A stretch of 51,764 bases of DNA from Desulfobacteraceae bacterium (GCA_014237365.1 JABZFQ010000263.1:1-51764); one strand, 5' to 3'. Positions 1 through 8,865 are shown, counted from the first letter of the stretch. Notes: generated by a model from the sequence alone, not told the origin. Translations and numbers: made by a program.

Positions 1-787
1 TTGACATTGCACGAAATATTCAAAAATTGCCTTCACCTTTTAGGTGAAGGCCAAAATCGATTATTTCCTATAATTTCAAACCTACTCAAAAACCGTGCCA
101 CAAATTCAGGAAAAATTTACCAATAAAGAAAAAACGTATCCTAAACAAAACTTGAAGGATGTCTGTAGCCATAACCCATTGAATATTGGTATGTTTTTTT
201 TCAATAGCGAAAGTCGGGTTAGTTGGAGCACTGAAATTGCACATCTCTTATTTTCATTCATCAACTCGCCTCCCAAAACAGCAACAAGGCTAATTCTTTG
301 AAATAACAGAATATCTTTGCTATAGACTGCGGTTTTGTTTTTTGATAATATATATTCGAATGCTAACCCATCTTTTCGAATAAAAAAATAAAATCCTACA
401 ATTACAGCATGTTACTTTTTTAAAATCTTCATTATGGCACTACTTTTGTTCATTTTTTAGTTCCTTTAGACTCATTTATCTAATAGCCATAGTATGGTTG
501 TTGCCTTTTCTGCTTTTGTCGTGACCTTTAGAATATCCATGATAATAATCATATGCACAGATCAATAAGAAAAGCAAGACTTTCTTTATTTTATGGCACT
601 ACATTAGAAAAATCAAAACAACCTATTTATAATATATTGTAATCATTGGGTTTAAATTTTTAAAAATTGTAAAACAATGCTCATTATGAGCATTGGCTCA
701 TTAAAATGAAAAAGATGGGCTAATATTTAAGTATATAGGAGAAAAAAATGCGTAAAACCCGAGTCAGGCTCACCATTTTCTCATAAG

Positions 788-1483
788 GTGACAAATGAAA
801 ACCAAATATCAAACATGATGCTTCGTAGCAATAAATTTGTAAGACGCCACGACCTGTCACCTTCAATACGGTTATATATAGCTTTTACAGCGCTTATGGC
901 CAGAACAAGCGCTACATGGGGAAAAATAACCGAACTGTCACGACAGTTTATGATTTCCCGTATGTTCGTTTATATGCTGGCAAATACTTTACACGAAACA
1001 AGTTTGGCTGTTTTCGGGGATAACGTTTCCAAACCTGCCGTCGTTGATGAACTGCCATATCATTACAAATTGTCCCTGAGGTTGGAGGGTAGATGCAGTA
1101 TTGAAGCAATATCCACGATCATGAAACGCTTAGGAATACCTGTCGCCTCCACAGGATCAATTAGTCAATATTTACAGCAGCTTGGTTTCTTATTGCCATG
1201 TACGCTAACAACCAGCAACAATGAAGTCAAACTCGTTGTTTTTTTAAGTGACGAAATTTTTGCAAAGAATATTCCCATCCTGGTGACTGTTGACCCTATT
1301 AGTTCGGTAATCCTGAGAATAGAGCTGACAGATTCGCGAAAAGTTGAGGACTGGAAAAACCATTGGGAATGTTTGGAAAAAAATGGCTACATTGCAACAT
1401 ACCTGGTCACTGATGAAGGTAGGGGTTTGTGTTCAGCCCAAAAAGAGGCTTTGGCCGATATTATCAGACAACCGGATACTTAG
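788..1483 (+). pseudogene. DDE-type transposase, N-terminal ~230 aa only, cut off by a MITE insertion
   Basis: The 231-aa ORF has acidic motifs (FLSDEIF and LVTDEGRGL) that look like the first two DDE residues. The region for the third residue is absent. The stop codon TAG 1481-1483 is built from the TTA target duplication plus the first G of the MITE. Confidence 0.45.
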
Positions 1484-1633
1484 GAACGTGGACGAACTAA
1501 CTTCCCCAAGTAGTCGCATAGATTTGGGTCGAATTTGTTTGATCTCAGATCACAAAAGTTGATGGAATAGCTTACCTATTTCAATATTTTTGGGATTTGA
1601 GATCAAATAAAGGCGGCCTGAAGCTGTGATGCA
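1483..1633 (+). mobile_element. MITE-A copy 1, lacking the right terminal repeat
   Basis: Starts GGAACGTGGACGAACTAACTTCCCCAAGTAG directly after TTA. Collinear with the full copies up to ...GGCCTGAAGCTGTGATGCA, then homology stops. Confidence 0.85.
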
Positions 1634-1920
1634 CTTTAATTGACGCTATAGGTTTGCCCAAAAAACCTTCGTCAAAAAGTGTAAACTACTTTTATGCCTA
1701 TATGAAGGATGCCAAAAAACATAATAGTTTACCACGAATTTTCATAGAATTACACTGAATTGTCAAAATACTCTTCTCAAGATTGCGAACCATTCGATTT
1801 CGGATTGCAAATTGCGGATTTGTTGTATTGCTTCGCTCTACCATTTTACCACCCAAGTAATTTACTTCATTGTTTACAATTTTCAGTGAATCTCCGTGTC
1901 GTTCTGTTGTAAAATTTTAC

Positions 1921-1959
1921 AAAAAAACAGGGCAAACATTATAAATAATGTTTGCCCTG
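1921..1959 (-). terminator. Rho-independent terminator of the cytochrome c3 gene
   Basis: 13-bp perfect hairpin cagggcaaacatt/aatgtttgccctg, 26 nt after the minus-strand stop. On the minus strand it is followed by a T7 run (A7 at 1921-1927 on the plus strand). Confidence 0.75.
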
Positions 1960-1984
1960 AATTTTAAAATCTGCAGATATTAAA

Positions 1985-2458
1985 TTATTTCTTCTTTTTG
2001 GGATGACACTTTGCACAGGATGTAGGTGCTGATTTCGTGCCGCTTTTCTTATTGGCCACCTTATGACAATCTTTGCAGTTTACATGTATGGCATAGGCAT
2101 GATACGCCATCTTTTCCTTCATTGAAAGCTTGGGTTCGCCTTTTTTAGCCCTTGGAGGTCTACCTGCTTTGGTGTGACACTCAATGCAGTTCTGAACCTC
2201 ATCGCCCATTTTCAGATCATTAAGCGGTTTATTGTCAGCATCATGATGACATTCACCACAGCCTGCTTTGTATTCCTCAGCATGCTTCTTGTGTGAAAAC
2301 TGGACCAAACCCTTTTTATGTTTAGCATAAGCCTTGTTTTCCATATTGACAACATCAGCAATGGTGGTCCCAGCATAAATAGAGCTAGCAAAAAACATGG
2401 AAGCAATTCCTACAACAGCTATAATCAACAAAAATCTTTTGCTCATATATTTTTTCAC
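1985..2458 (-). CDS. Periplasmic tetraheme cytochrome c3 (class III cytochrome c)
   Basis: Signal-peptide-like N-terminus and four CxxCH motifs (CGECH, CIECH, CKDCH, CAKCH) in 157 aa. Lys-rich tail. Confidence 0.85.
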   Translation of the reverse strand: MKKYMSKRFLLIIAVVGIASMFFASSIYAGTTIADVVNMENKAYAKHKKGLVQFSHKKHAEEYKAGCGECHHDADNKPLNDLKMGDEVQNCIECHTKAGRPPRAKKGEPKLSMKEKMAYHAYAIHVNCKDCHKVANKKSGTKSAPTSCAKCHPKKKK

Positions 2459-2567
2459 CTCCTTCCATTCTCGAAATTTATCAAAGATCTAATCTTTTTT
2501 ATATAAATTTCTTTATCAAGTAAAAAGTATTATGTCAAGATAAAGAATATCTGTCAAAAACCAATTA

Positions 2568-2889
2568 GGAACGTGGACGAAATAACTTCCTCAAGTAGGC
2601 GCACAGATTTGGGTCGAATTTGTTTGATCTCAGATCACAAAAGTTGATGGAATAGCAGCGATTCCCGATGGCATGATAACATATTGATTTAACGATGTTT
2701 TTGAAACACTCTTTTCGTAAACCTTTTTGCTGTCAATTCAATAGGTTATCTCAAAACAGAGATTATGGCTTCCTTCGGGAATTGCTGATGGAATAGCTTA
2801 CCTATTTCAATATTTTTGGGATTTGAGATCGAACAAAGGCGGCCTGAAGCTGTGATGCATAGTTGGGGAAGTTATTTCCTCCACGTTCC
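2568..2889 (+). mobile_element. MITE-A copy 2, full length, flanked by TTA/TTA, carrying a nested second MITE
   Basis: Left end GGAACGTGGACGAAATAACTTCC. The right end is the reverse complement of GGAACGTGGAGGAAATAACTTCCCCAA. TTA is present at 2565-2567 and 2890-2892. Length minus the nested insert is ~181 bp. Confidence 0.9.
2657..2785. mobile_element. 129-bp nested MITE-B inside MITE-A copy 2
   Basis: Terminal inverted repeats GCGATTCCCGATGG / CCTTCGGGAATTGC. The host sequence TGATGGAATAGC is duplicated at 2645-2656 and 2786-2797. Other MITE-A copies have this sequence uninterrupted. Confidence 0.8.
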
Positions 2890-3636
2890 TTAAACATTAT
2901 TATTGATTTTTTGTGAACTTTTTTTCCCAAAAACCCTGGCACCAAGAATGCTTATTTCATAAAGAATCATCAGAGGGAAAGCCATCATAATCTGGGTTAC
3001 AACATCCGGTGGGGTTAAAATAGCAGCAAAAACAAAAAATAAAAGCAGGGCATATTTTCTGTTTTTCTTTAAAAATTCAACTGTAACTATGCCGAGTCTG
3101 GCAAAAAAAGTAATAACAAGAGGAAGTTCAAAAACCAGCCCAAATGCAAGAAGTAACTTTGAAGAAAAACTTAAATACTCACGCATTGATGGAAGCGGTT
3201 TTATTGTTTCAGTGGCAAATCCTAAAAAAAACTTAAAACCAAACGGAAATACAACAAAATATCCAAATAATGCCCCTCCAAGAAAGAAAAAAGAGGAAAG
3301 CAAAACTATGGGGATGAGAAGTTTTCTTTCCTTGTCATAAAGTCCTGGCGCCACAAACACCCAGAACTGATATAATAATACAGGGGCGGCCAGCATTAAG
3401 CCTGATAGTAATGATACCTTTAGATATGTAAAGAAAGCCTCCGGCAGACCCGTAAAAATAAGTTTATCGTCTGCCTGCATTGCTGAAATTAAAGGTATAG
3501 TCAGGTAATGAAAAATTTTTTCCTTAAATCCATATGAAAGAATAAAGCCTATAGCTATAGCTATAAAACATATAACCAGACGATTCCTTAGCTCCTCAAG
3601 ATGACCTGTAAAAGGCATTTTCTCATCTTCAGACAT
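2890..3636 (-). CDS. tatC: Twin-arginine translocase subunit TatC
   Basis: 248 aa, N-terminus MPFTGHLEELRNRLV, six-TM pattern. Overlaps the upstream tatA/B gene by 8 nt. Its stop codon lies in the MITE target duplication. Confidence 0.9.
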   Translation of the reverse strand: MSEDEKMPFTGHLEELRNRLVICFIAIAIGFILSYGFKEKIFHYLTIPLISAMQADDKLIFTGLPEAFFTYLKVSLLSGLMLAAPVLLYQFWVFVAPGLYDKERKLLIPIVLLSSFFFLGGALFGYFVVFPFGFKFFLGFATETIKPLPSMREYLSFSSKLLLAFGLVFELPLVITFFARLGIVTVEFLKKNRKYALLLFFVFAAILTPPDVVTQIMMAFPLMILYEISILGARVFGKKSSQKINNNV

Positions 3637-3970
3637 TTTTCAAAGATCCTTTTGCTGCTTTATTTTTGACATTTTTACCATCATTAGAAGATCTGAAAAC
3701 GCCTTCGGCCGTATTGCTTTTTTGATTAACCTTTATATCAACGGCCTCCTTTATGTTTTCATTCATATCCTCAAAAGTATCTTTAACATCTTTTAAATCA
3801 CTATTTATATCAATTGACTGTTTAAATTCATGTGTAGCTTTCTTGAATTCACCGATTGCTCGGCCAAGTGATTTTGCGAGATCAGGAAGTTTTTTAGGAC
3901 CAATAACAATAAGAGCTACAGCCAAAATTAATAGAACTTCAGGCATACCTATGCCGAACATATTACTCAC
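3629..3970 (-). CDS. Sec-independent (Tat) translocase subunit, TatA/TatB/TatE family
   Basis: MFGIGMPEVLLILAVALIVIGPKKLPDLAKSLGRAIGEFKKA is the family signature. The 113-aa length is more TatB-like. The true start may be the MFGIG Met at 3961. Confidence 0.85.
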   Translation of the reverse strand: MSNMFGIGMPEVLLILAVALIVIGPKKLPDLAKSLGRAIGEFKKATHEFKQSIDINSDLKDVKDTFEDMNENIKEAVDIKVNQKSNTAEGVFRSSNDGKNVKNKAAKGSLKNV

Positions 3971-4047
3971 CTATAACATTTTTTAAATTTGAATTTAGAG
4001 CTGGATCAAAAATAACATCTCATCTTTTCTTACCAAAATCAAGCTAA

Positions 4048-4071
4048 GGAATGGGGACGAAATAACTTTCC
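4048..4071. mobile_element. MITE-A solo terminal-repeat remnant (24 bp) flanked by TAA/TAA
   Basis: GGAATGGGGACGAAATAACTTTCC between TAA 4045-4047 and TAA 4072-4074. The mltA stop codon (complement of 4071-4073) spans the remnant edge. Confidence 0.6.
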
Positions 4072-5264
4072 TAAGGTTTCAGAACAAGAAAGTACAGCTT
4101 TCCCTTATGCTGCATGTGACCTGCCGCTATCTCAGAGTATGTACCGTTTCCCCAGAACAGATCCGCACGGCCAGGCCCGCGTATCGCTCCTCCTGTATCA
4201 TGATTCAGAACAAATCTGCTGAAATTTATCCAATTATGAATTTTTCCATCGTCATTTATTAAAGGTTTTTCTGCTTCTATAAAAGCAAGGGCTGACAAAG
4301 GGAATATTCTTCTGTCCAATGCTATCGACCTGCCAGGCGTCAATTTAACTCCGATACAACCCAAAGGGCCATCTTCTTCTATCTTGAAAAAAACATAGCT
4401 GGGGTTAAAGTTTAAAATAGTTTTGATCTCTTCCGGATGTTCTTTTAAATATGCACGAATTTTTTGCATAGACATTTCTGATCTTTCTATTACCCCTTCT
4501 TCAATAAGCAATTTGCCTATGCTCCGGTATGGACGTCCGTTTGTTATATCATAATGGACATTAATTGTTTTTCCGTTATCAAAATAAATTTTTCCGGAAC
4601 CCTGAATTTGAAGAAAAAAAAGATCAACCTGGTCTTTAATCCAGGCAATTTTTTCTGCATTACCTTTTAGAGCGCCTTTGCATTCTATTTCATCGCGTTC
4701 AAAGTAGGGAACAACTGTCCGGCCGGTATATCTCCCAATTATTCTTTTATTGTTTAAGCGCGGAATAAATAATGAAAGATCAATTGTAGTTAAATCGCAA
4801 GGACGTGCATAAATCGGGAATCTATATTCAGTGCTTTGCTTAAGGCTGCCTTGCAGAACAGGCTCATAATAACCTGTAAAAAGGACATGACCATTCGTGC
4901 CGCCGATCGATTTATAAACAAGATAATTTGATTTAATAAACTTATTAAACTCATCTTTTGATGGCCTGGTCTGTATAAAATTTAGAAAATGCTCCATGGA
5001 CTTGATCATATGGGCAGCATTAAAGCTGTCTTTACCGAATCTGAACTGCCTGGAAAAAGGCAACCTTTTTAGATATGAAATACTCTGCAAAATTCCATTT
5101 TCTAAACTATCGCAGACCATATCATCTGAAAATTCAGGATATCTGCAAGAGGGAATTCTTTGCATTGCAAATTCATCTTTTAAAGGCGGATGTATTTTAA
5201 GAACAGAACATCCGGCTAAAAAAAAGAAACAAAACAGGGCAAAAAAGAATAATGAGTGTTTCAT
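4071..5264 (-). CDS. mltA: Membrane-bound lytic murein transglycosylase A (MltA)
   Basis: Lipoprotein-like N-terminus (LAGCS). GYYEP motif and the C-terminal 3D-domain motif HDTGGAIRGPGRADLFWG. Confidence 0.85.
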   Translation of the reverse strand: MKHSLFFFALFCFFFLAGCSVLKIHPPLKDEFAMQRIPSCRYPEFSDDMVCDSLENGILQSISYLKRLPFSRQFRFGKDSFNAAHMIKSMEHFLNFIQTRPSKDEFNKFIKSNYLVYKSIGGTNGHVLFTGYYEPVLQGSLKQSTEYRFPIYARPCDLTTIDLSLFIPRLNNKRIIGRYTGRTVVPYFERDEIECKGALKGNAEKIAWIKDQVDLFFLQIQGSGKIYFDNGKTINVHYDITNGRPYRSIGKLLIEEGVIERSEMSMQKIRAYLKEHPEEIKTILNFNPSYVFFKIEEDGPLGCIGVKLTPGRSIALDRRIFPLSALAFIEAEKPLINDDGKIHNWINFSRFVLNHDTGGAIRGPGRADLFWGNGTYSEIAAGHMQHKGKLYFLVLKP

Positions 5265-6652
5265 TCGTTATTATCGATGACGAGTTTACGTGCTTTTTTT
5301 TCAGCGGGCTCAATACGAACAATATCTTTGTCGCCCGGCAGAGAAATGCCAAGATCCTTGAACCTGCGTGCAGATGTGAGCACTCTGCGCTCAAAAGAAC
5401 CTATAACATCGTTATATGTGCCGGTACATCGTTCAATATCGCGGCCGAGTTTGTCGATATGTTTAGCCATTGAATTGAGTCTGGTATAGAGTTCACGCCC
5501 CAGTTTGCTTATAGCCTTTGCATTTTCAGAAACATTTTCCTGGCGCCATGCAAAGGAAACGGTTTTTAGAAGAGTAATCAAAGTAGTTGGGGTTGCCAGG
5601 ATAACTCCTTTATTTACACCTTCTTCTATGAGCTGAGGGTTTTTAACAAGAGCTGCGCTAAAAAAATTTTCACCTGGAATAAACAATACAACAAATTCAG
5701 GGGTGGGACTAAACTGTTTCCAGTATGCCTTTTGTGCCAGTTTATGCATATGCGATTGAATCTGTTTTGAATGCGTAGCTGTCAATATCTCGCGTTCTTC
5801 TTCCGTCTCTGCTTCCAGCGCTTCAAGATATGCTGAAAGAGGAGCCTTGGCATCTACAACAATCTGACGATTGCCAGGGAGATAAACAACCATATCGGGC
5901 CGCATAATGCCATTTTCATCGTAAGCTGACTGTTGCTCAAAGAAATCGCAGCGGTTTTGCATGCCGGCAAGCTCAGCAACACGTTTAAGGGTAATTTCTC
6001 CCCAACGCCCCCTGACGTGCGGCACACGAAGAGCCTTTACAAGATTGCCTGTTTCTTTTTGAAGGGTCTGCTGGGTTTCCACAAGGGAAAGTACCTGCTG
6101 AGAAAGCCCGCCATATGCCTTTTCCCGTGATCTCTCCATAGCCTGAATATGCTGGTCATATCTATCAAGAGAATCTTTTATGGGCACAACAATATTTTTG
6201 ACTTCCTTGCTACGCACATTAAAGTCACTTTTGGCTGCTTCCATATATTTTGAAAGCGTAGTTTTTGCAAGGTCAAGAAAAGTCTGGTTGTTTTCCCTTA
6301 AAGCACTGGCTGAAATTGCTTTGTAAGCATCTATCATATTATTCCGAATATCCTCGAGCATTTCTATCTTTTCATTCACGGCGAGGCGCTCTTTATCTAT
6401 AATTGTTTCCAGCTTTGCCTGGCGCTCTTTCAGCTCGGTAATTATGGCGTTAAGTGAATCAATCTCCCGGGTGCGCTCTTCAAGTGTTTTTTTAAGATCT
6501 TCCATCTGTTCCAGTCTGCTTAATGCAGAAGAGTGTTCTTTAGAAATCTCCAGGAATTCCTTTGAAAACTTTGACTTTGCAAAAAACCAGGCTATAAAAA
6601 AACCAAGTGCAGCGCCGATAATAAAGAAAACAATATATTCCAATGTATTCAT
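5261..6652 (-). CDS. rmuC: DNA recombination protein RmuC
   Basis: N-terminal TM segment, long coiled coil, then an RmuC nuclease-like core (VVDAKAPLSAY, FIPGE). 4-nt overlap with mltA. Confidence 0.85.
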   Translation of the reverse strand: MNTLEYIVFFIIGAALGFFIAWFFAKSKFSKEFLEISKEHSSALSRLEQMEDLKKTLEERTREIDSLNAIITELKERQAKLETIIDKERLAVNEKIEMLEDIRNNMIDAYKAISASALRENNQTFLDLAKTTLSKYMEAAKSDFNVRSKEVKNIVVPIKDSLDRYDQHIQAMERSREKAYGGLSQQVLSLVETQQTLQKETGNLVKALRVPHVRGRWGEITLKRVAELAGMQNRCDFFEQQSAYDENGIMRPDMVVYLPGNRQIVVDAKAPLSAYLEALEAETEEEREILTATHSKQIQSHMHKLAQKAYWKQFSPTPEFVVLFIPGENFFSAALVKNPQLIEEGVNKGVILATPTTLITLLKTVSFAWRQENVSENAKAISKLGRELYTRLNSMAKHIDKLGRDIERCTGTYNDVIGSFERRVLTSARRFKDLGISLPGDKDIVRIEPAEKKARKLVIDNNE

Positions 6653-6670
6653 TTATACTTCTTTTCTCGT

Positions 6671-6742
6671 AACGGTTCACAGTTCACAGTTCACAGTTTT
6701 TTTTAACAACCGTTAACTGTAAACTGTTAACCGTGAACCGTT
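6671..6742. repeat. Heptamer tandem-repeat hairpin: (GTTCACA)3 arm against an AACCGTT/AACTGTA arm
   Basis: aacggttcacagttcacagttcacagtt ... aaccgttaactgtaaactgttaaccgtgaaccgtt are imperfect reverse complements. The right arm encodes the last residues (TVHG*) of moaC. Confidence 0.8.
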
Positions 6743-7215
6743 TGTCTTACAAATGTTCCGCTTTTTCCCCCTGATTTTTCAAGAAGGCATGTATCTGATA
6801 TAATTATATTTTTATCATGCGACTTGCACATATCATATATTGTAAGGGCTGCAACAGATACTGCTGTAAGGGCCTCCATCTCAACACCTGTCTGACCGAA
6901 AAGCCGCACCAAAGCTTTGACCTTGATTGAACTTTTATCTTTATCCGGTTCAAAATTGATATCAATATGTGAGATATTAATTGGGTGGCACATTGGAATT
7001 AGTTCCGAAGTTTTTTTTGCCGCCATTATTCCCGCAATTCTGGCGGTATCAAGTACATTGCCCTTTTTTATTGTATTATTATAGATCATTTCAAATGTTG
7101 AAGTCTCCATTAAAACGACCCCTTGAGCAACCGCTGATCTTAATGTCGGTTCTTTATCCGTTATATCAACCATCCGCGAGCGTCCCTCATTGTCAATATG
7201 AGAAAATGAAGACAT
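6727..7215 (-). CDS. moaC: Cyclic pyranopterin monophosphate synthase MoaC
   Basis: 162 aa. FSHIDNEGRSRMVDITDK...CHPI pattern typical of MoaC. Confidence 0.9.
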   Translation of the reverse strand: MSSFSHIDNEGRSRMVDITDKEPTLRSAVAQGVVLMETSTFEMIYNNTIKKGNVLDTARIAGIMAAKKTSELIPMCHPINISHIDINFEPDKDKSSIKVKALVRLFGQTGVEMEALTAVSVAALTIYDMCKSHDKNIIISDTCLLEKSGGKSGTFVRQTVHG

Positions 7216-7239
7216 AAAAAACTCCTTTAACCTAAATTA

Positions 7240-7380
7240 AGCGATTTTTGGCTTGATCTGCACTGATCTCTTGCGCATCAAGGATTCGCGAAAATCCTCA
7301 ACATATCCACAGGTATGCCTACGGTTTTCGCAAACCCTTATGCATCAAGATCTCAGTACATCTCTTTCCCAAAAATCGCT
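7240..7380. repeat. ~140-bp imperfect palindromic intergenic element
   Basis: AGCGATTTTTGG at 7240 pairs with CCAAAAATCGCT ending at 7380. The arms continue for ~55 nt with scattered mismatches around a ~25-nt loop. It fills the moaE-like/moaC spacer. Confidence 0.7.
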
Positions 7381-7384
7381 CAAC

Positions 7385-7747
7385 TTAGGTTGAAAAATAC
7401 TCTGTTTTTTTCACAACAGTTGATTTAATATCATCAATGGCTTCGCTGAGTACTTTTATAACATTCTCCCGGATGTCACCGGCAACAACAAGAAGCATAA
7501 CATCATCCCCTACTGACAGCTTTTTGTCTTCCGCTATCTTAACCAGTATTTCTATAATGCCCGGCCTTTTTTTATGCTTCTCTATCACCTTGTGCAGTTG
7601 TTCGTAATCCACCGTGATATTCAGCCCTGATACTCTCCTGCCATCTCGTGATGTGCCCCGCACGACTCCATTATGACAAAGAATCATTCCAACTCTGTTA
7701 TAATGCGGATGTCTCTTTATAGTTTCTATAAGGGGAATTAAATTCAT
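7385..7747 (-). CDS. MoaE-like protein (molybdopterin synthase catalytic-subunit family, short form)
   Basis: 120 aa. The GMILCHNGVVRGTSRDGRRVSGL ... LSVGDDVMLLVVAGDIRENV pattern resembles the MoaE fold motifs. Sits between mobA and moaC. Confidence 0.5.
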   Translation of the reverse strand: MNLIPLIETIKRHPHYNRVGMILCHNGVVRGTSRDGRRVSGLNITVDYEQLHKVIEKHKKRPGIIEILVKIAEDKKLSVGDDVMLLVVAGDIRENVIKVLSEAIDDIKSTVVKKTEYFST

Positions 7748-7755
7748 AGTAAATG

Positions 7756-7860
7756 TTCACGGAACATTGAAATTGGAAAATAGAAACTGGAACTTTGGCC
7801 TTCATGCTTTTGTACTGTTCTTCCCAATTTCCAATTTCAAGTTTCAAGCCGTGAACGGTT
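7756..7860. repeat. GAAATTG/GAAACTG-type short-repeat hairpin element
   Basis: gaaattggaaaatagaaactggaac faces gttcttcccaatttccaatttcaagtttc. Bounded by gttcacggaac and ccgtgaacggtt. A related element lies at 17058-17131. Confidence 0.7.
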
Positions 7861-7865
7861 GCAAT

Positions 7866-8462
7866 TCATTTAATAATTTCTTCTGCCCTGGCCAGATCAT
7901 CAGGAGTATTAATATTAAAAAAAGAAATCAGATCAGGATCCTTTTCACGTAAAATATTTTCAGGAAGCTTTTTAACTCTTACCTTTTTAAAGAACTGTTT
8001 AATCTCAAGCTCTTTTTGAATCAGATTATTTTCAATTGGCTTAAGACATCTTTTTGAATATACCGCACAAAGCGGTTCCATCCCATTTAAAGTTTCCGGT
8101 ATAATAACGTCAACTCCCGTTTCTATACTATTAATAACAGTTTCAACCAACTCCTTTTTCAGGAATGGTATATCGCATGCCGTAATAAATGTATAAAAAT
8201 TATTTGAAAAAAAAAGTCCTGCATGTATTCCTGTTAAAGAACTTCTAAACGGGAATATATCAGACACAATATGTAAATCCCATTCAAGATATTTAAGCGG
8301 GTCATTGGCAACCAGGATAATCTCATCAAAAAGGGAATCAAATATTTCATATGTTCTGTCCAGAATACGCTTTCCGCCAACACTTATAAATGCTTTATTC
8401 ATGCCCGAAAAACGCTTATTATGTCCGCCCGCCAATATCACTCCTGTACATGGAAATTTCAT
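7866..8462 (-). CDS. mobA: Molybdenum cofactor guanylyltransferase MobA
   Basis: 198 aa. The GVILAGGHNKRFSG motif indicates an NTP-transferase fold. Confidence 0.85.
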   Translation of the reverse strand: MKFPCTGVILAGGHNKRFSGMNKAFISVGGKRILDRTYEIFDSLFDEIILVANDPLKYLEWDLHIVSDIFPFRSSLTGIHAGLFFSNNFYTFITACDIPFLKKELVETVINSIETGVDVIIPETLNGMEPLCAVYSKRCLKPIENNLIQKELEIKQFFKKVRVKKLPENILREKDPDLISFFNINTPDDLARAEEIIK

Positions 8463-8554
8463 TACATCAAGACCTTTTAGAACGGTTAACGGTTAACGGT
8501 TAATCAAAATAGATAAAATAAAAGCCAAAATCAAGGCAATTTCAGGTTTTTTAA

Positions 8555-8601
8555 TTTTGATAAATTTATAACTCTTGATATTAACCTACTTAATGATATA
8601 A
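8555..8601 (+). repeat. Left copy of a ~47-bp direct repeat bracketing the GC-richer island
   Basis: TTTTGATAAATTTATAACTCTTGATATTAACCTACTTAATGATATAA compared with 16935-16982, TTTTGATAAATTTACAAAATTTTGATATTAACTTATTTAATGATATAA. Confidence 0.8.
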
Positions 8602-8602
8602 T
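8575..8602 (+). promoter_or_regulatory. Sigma70-like promoter inside the left direct repeat
   Basis: TTGATA, 16 nt, TATAAT. Confidence 0.35.
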
Positions 8603-8649
8603 TAATATTTTGACAAAAACTCAAAACACCTGAAATTATAGTCAGTTGG

Positions 8650-8865
8650 ATGCTATTGCTTTCTGACTTTCCAGGATACGGCCTGGTAACACTTTTTGGC
8701 AGCGATGATTATGAGTCGGAAGAACTGCTTGCTTACGAACTAGGGTACCGCCTCCAACCAAATAGCCAATTTTCTCTTGACGTTGCAGCTTTTTTTAATA
8801 ATTATAGCTATCTGCGTACTTTAGAGCAGGACGATTCTAAGTTGGGCAATACACGTGGTTTTTAA
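8650..8865 (+). pseudogene. Fragment of a TonB-dependent receptor paralog
   Basis: GSDDYESEELLAYELGYRLQPNSQFSLDVAAFFNNYSYLR aligns with GDPDYESEELLAYELGYRFVPANALSIDLAIFYNDYDNLR of the full receptor at 9057-11132. Only 71 aa are present. Confidence 0.7.

Noticed and set aside
1-301. Coding potential at the left edge (an open frame 1-126 and the 68-aa ORF 95-301)
   Set aside because: No recognisable motifs and low-complexity AT-rich sequence. The 29-54 hairpin (gccttcacc/ggtgaaggc) looks like a terminator rather than coding sequence. The evidence is insufficient to call a gene.
7216-7384. Possible Moco riboswitch, since the structured spacer lies inside a molybdenum-cofactor gene cluster
   Set aside because: The sequence folds as one long near-symmetrical hairpin (palindromic repeat). 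This is not the multi-stem Moco RNA architecture, and I could not recognise the conserved Moco-motif nucleotides. It also lies between two ORFs rather than upstream of the operon.
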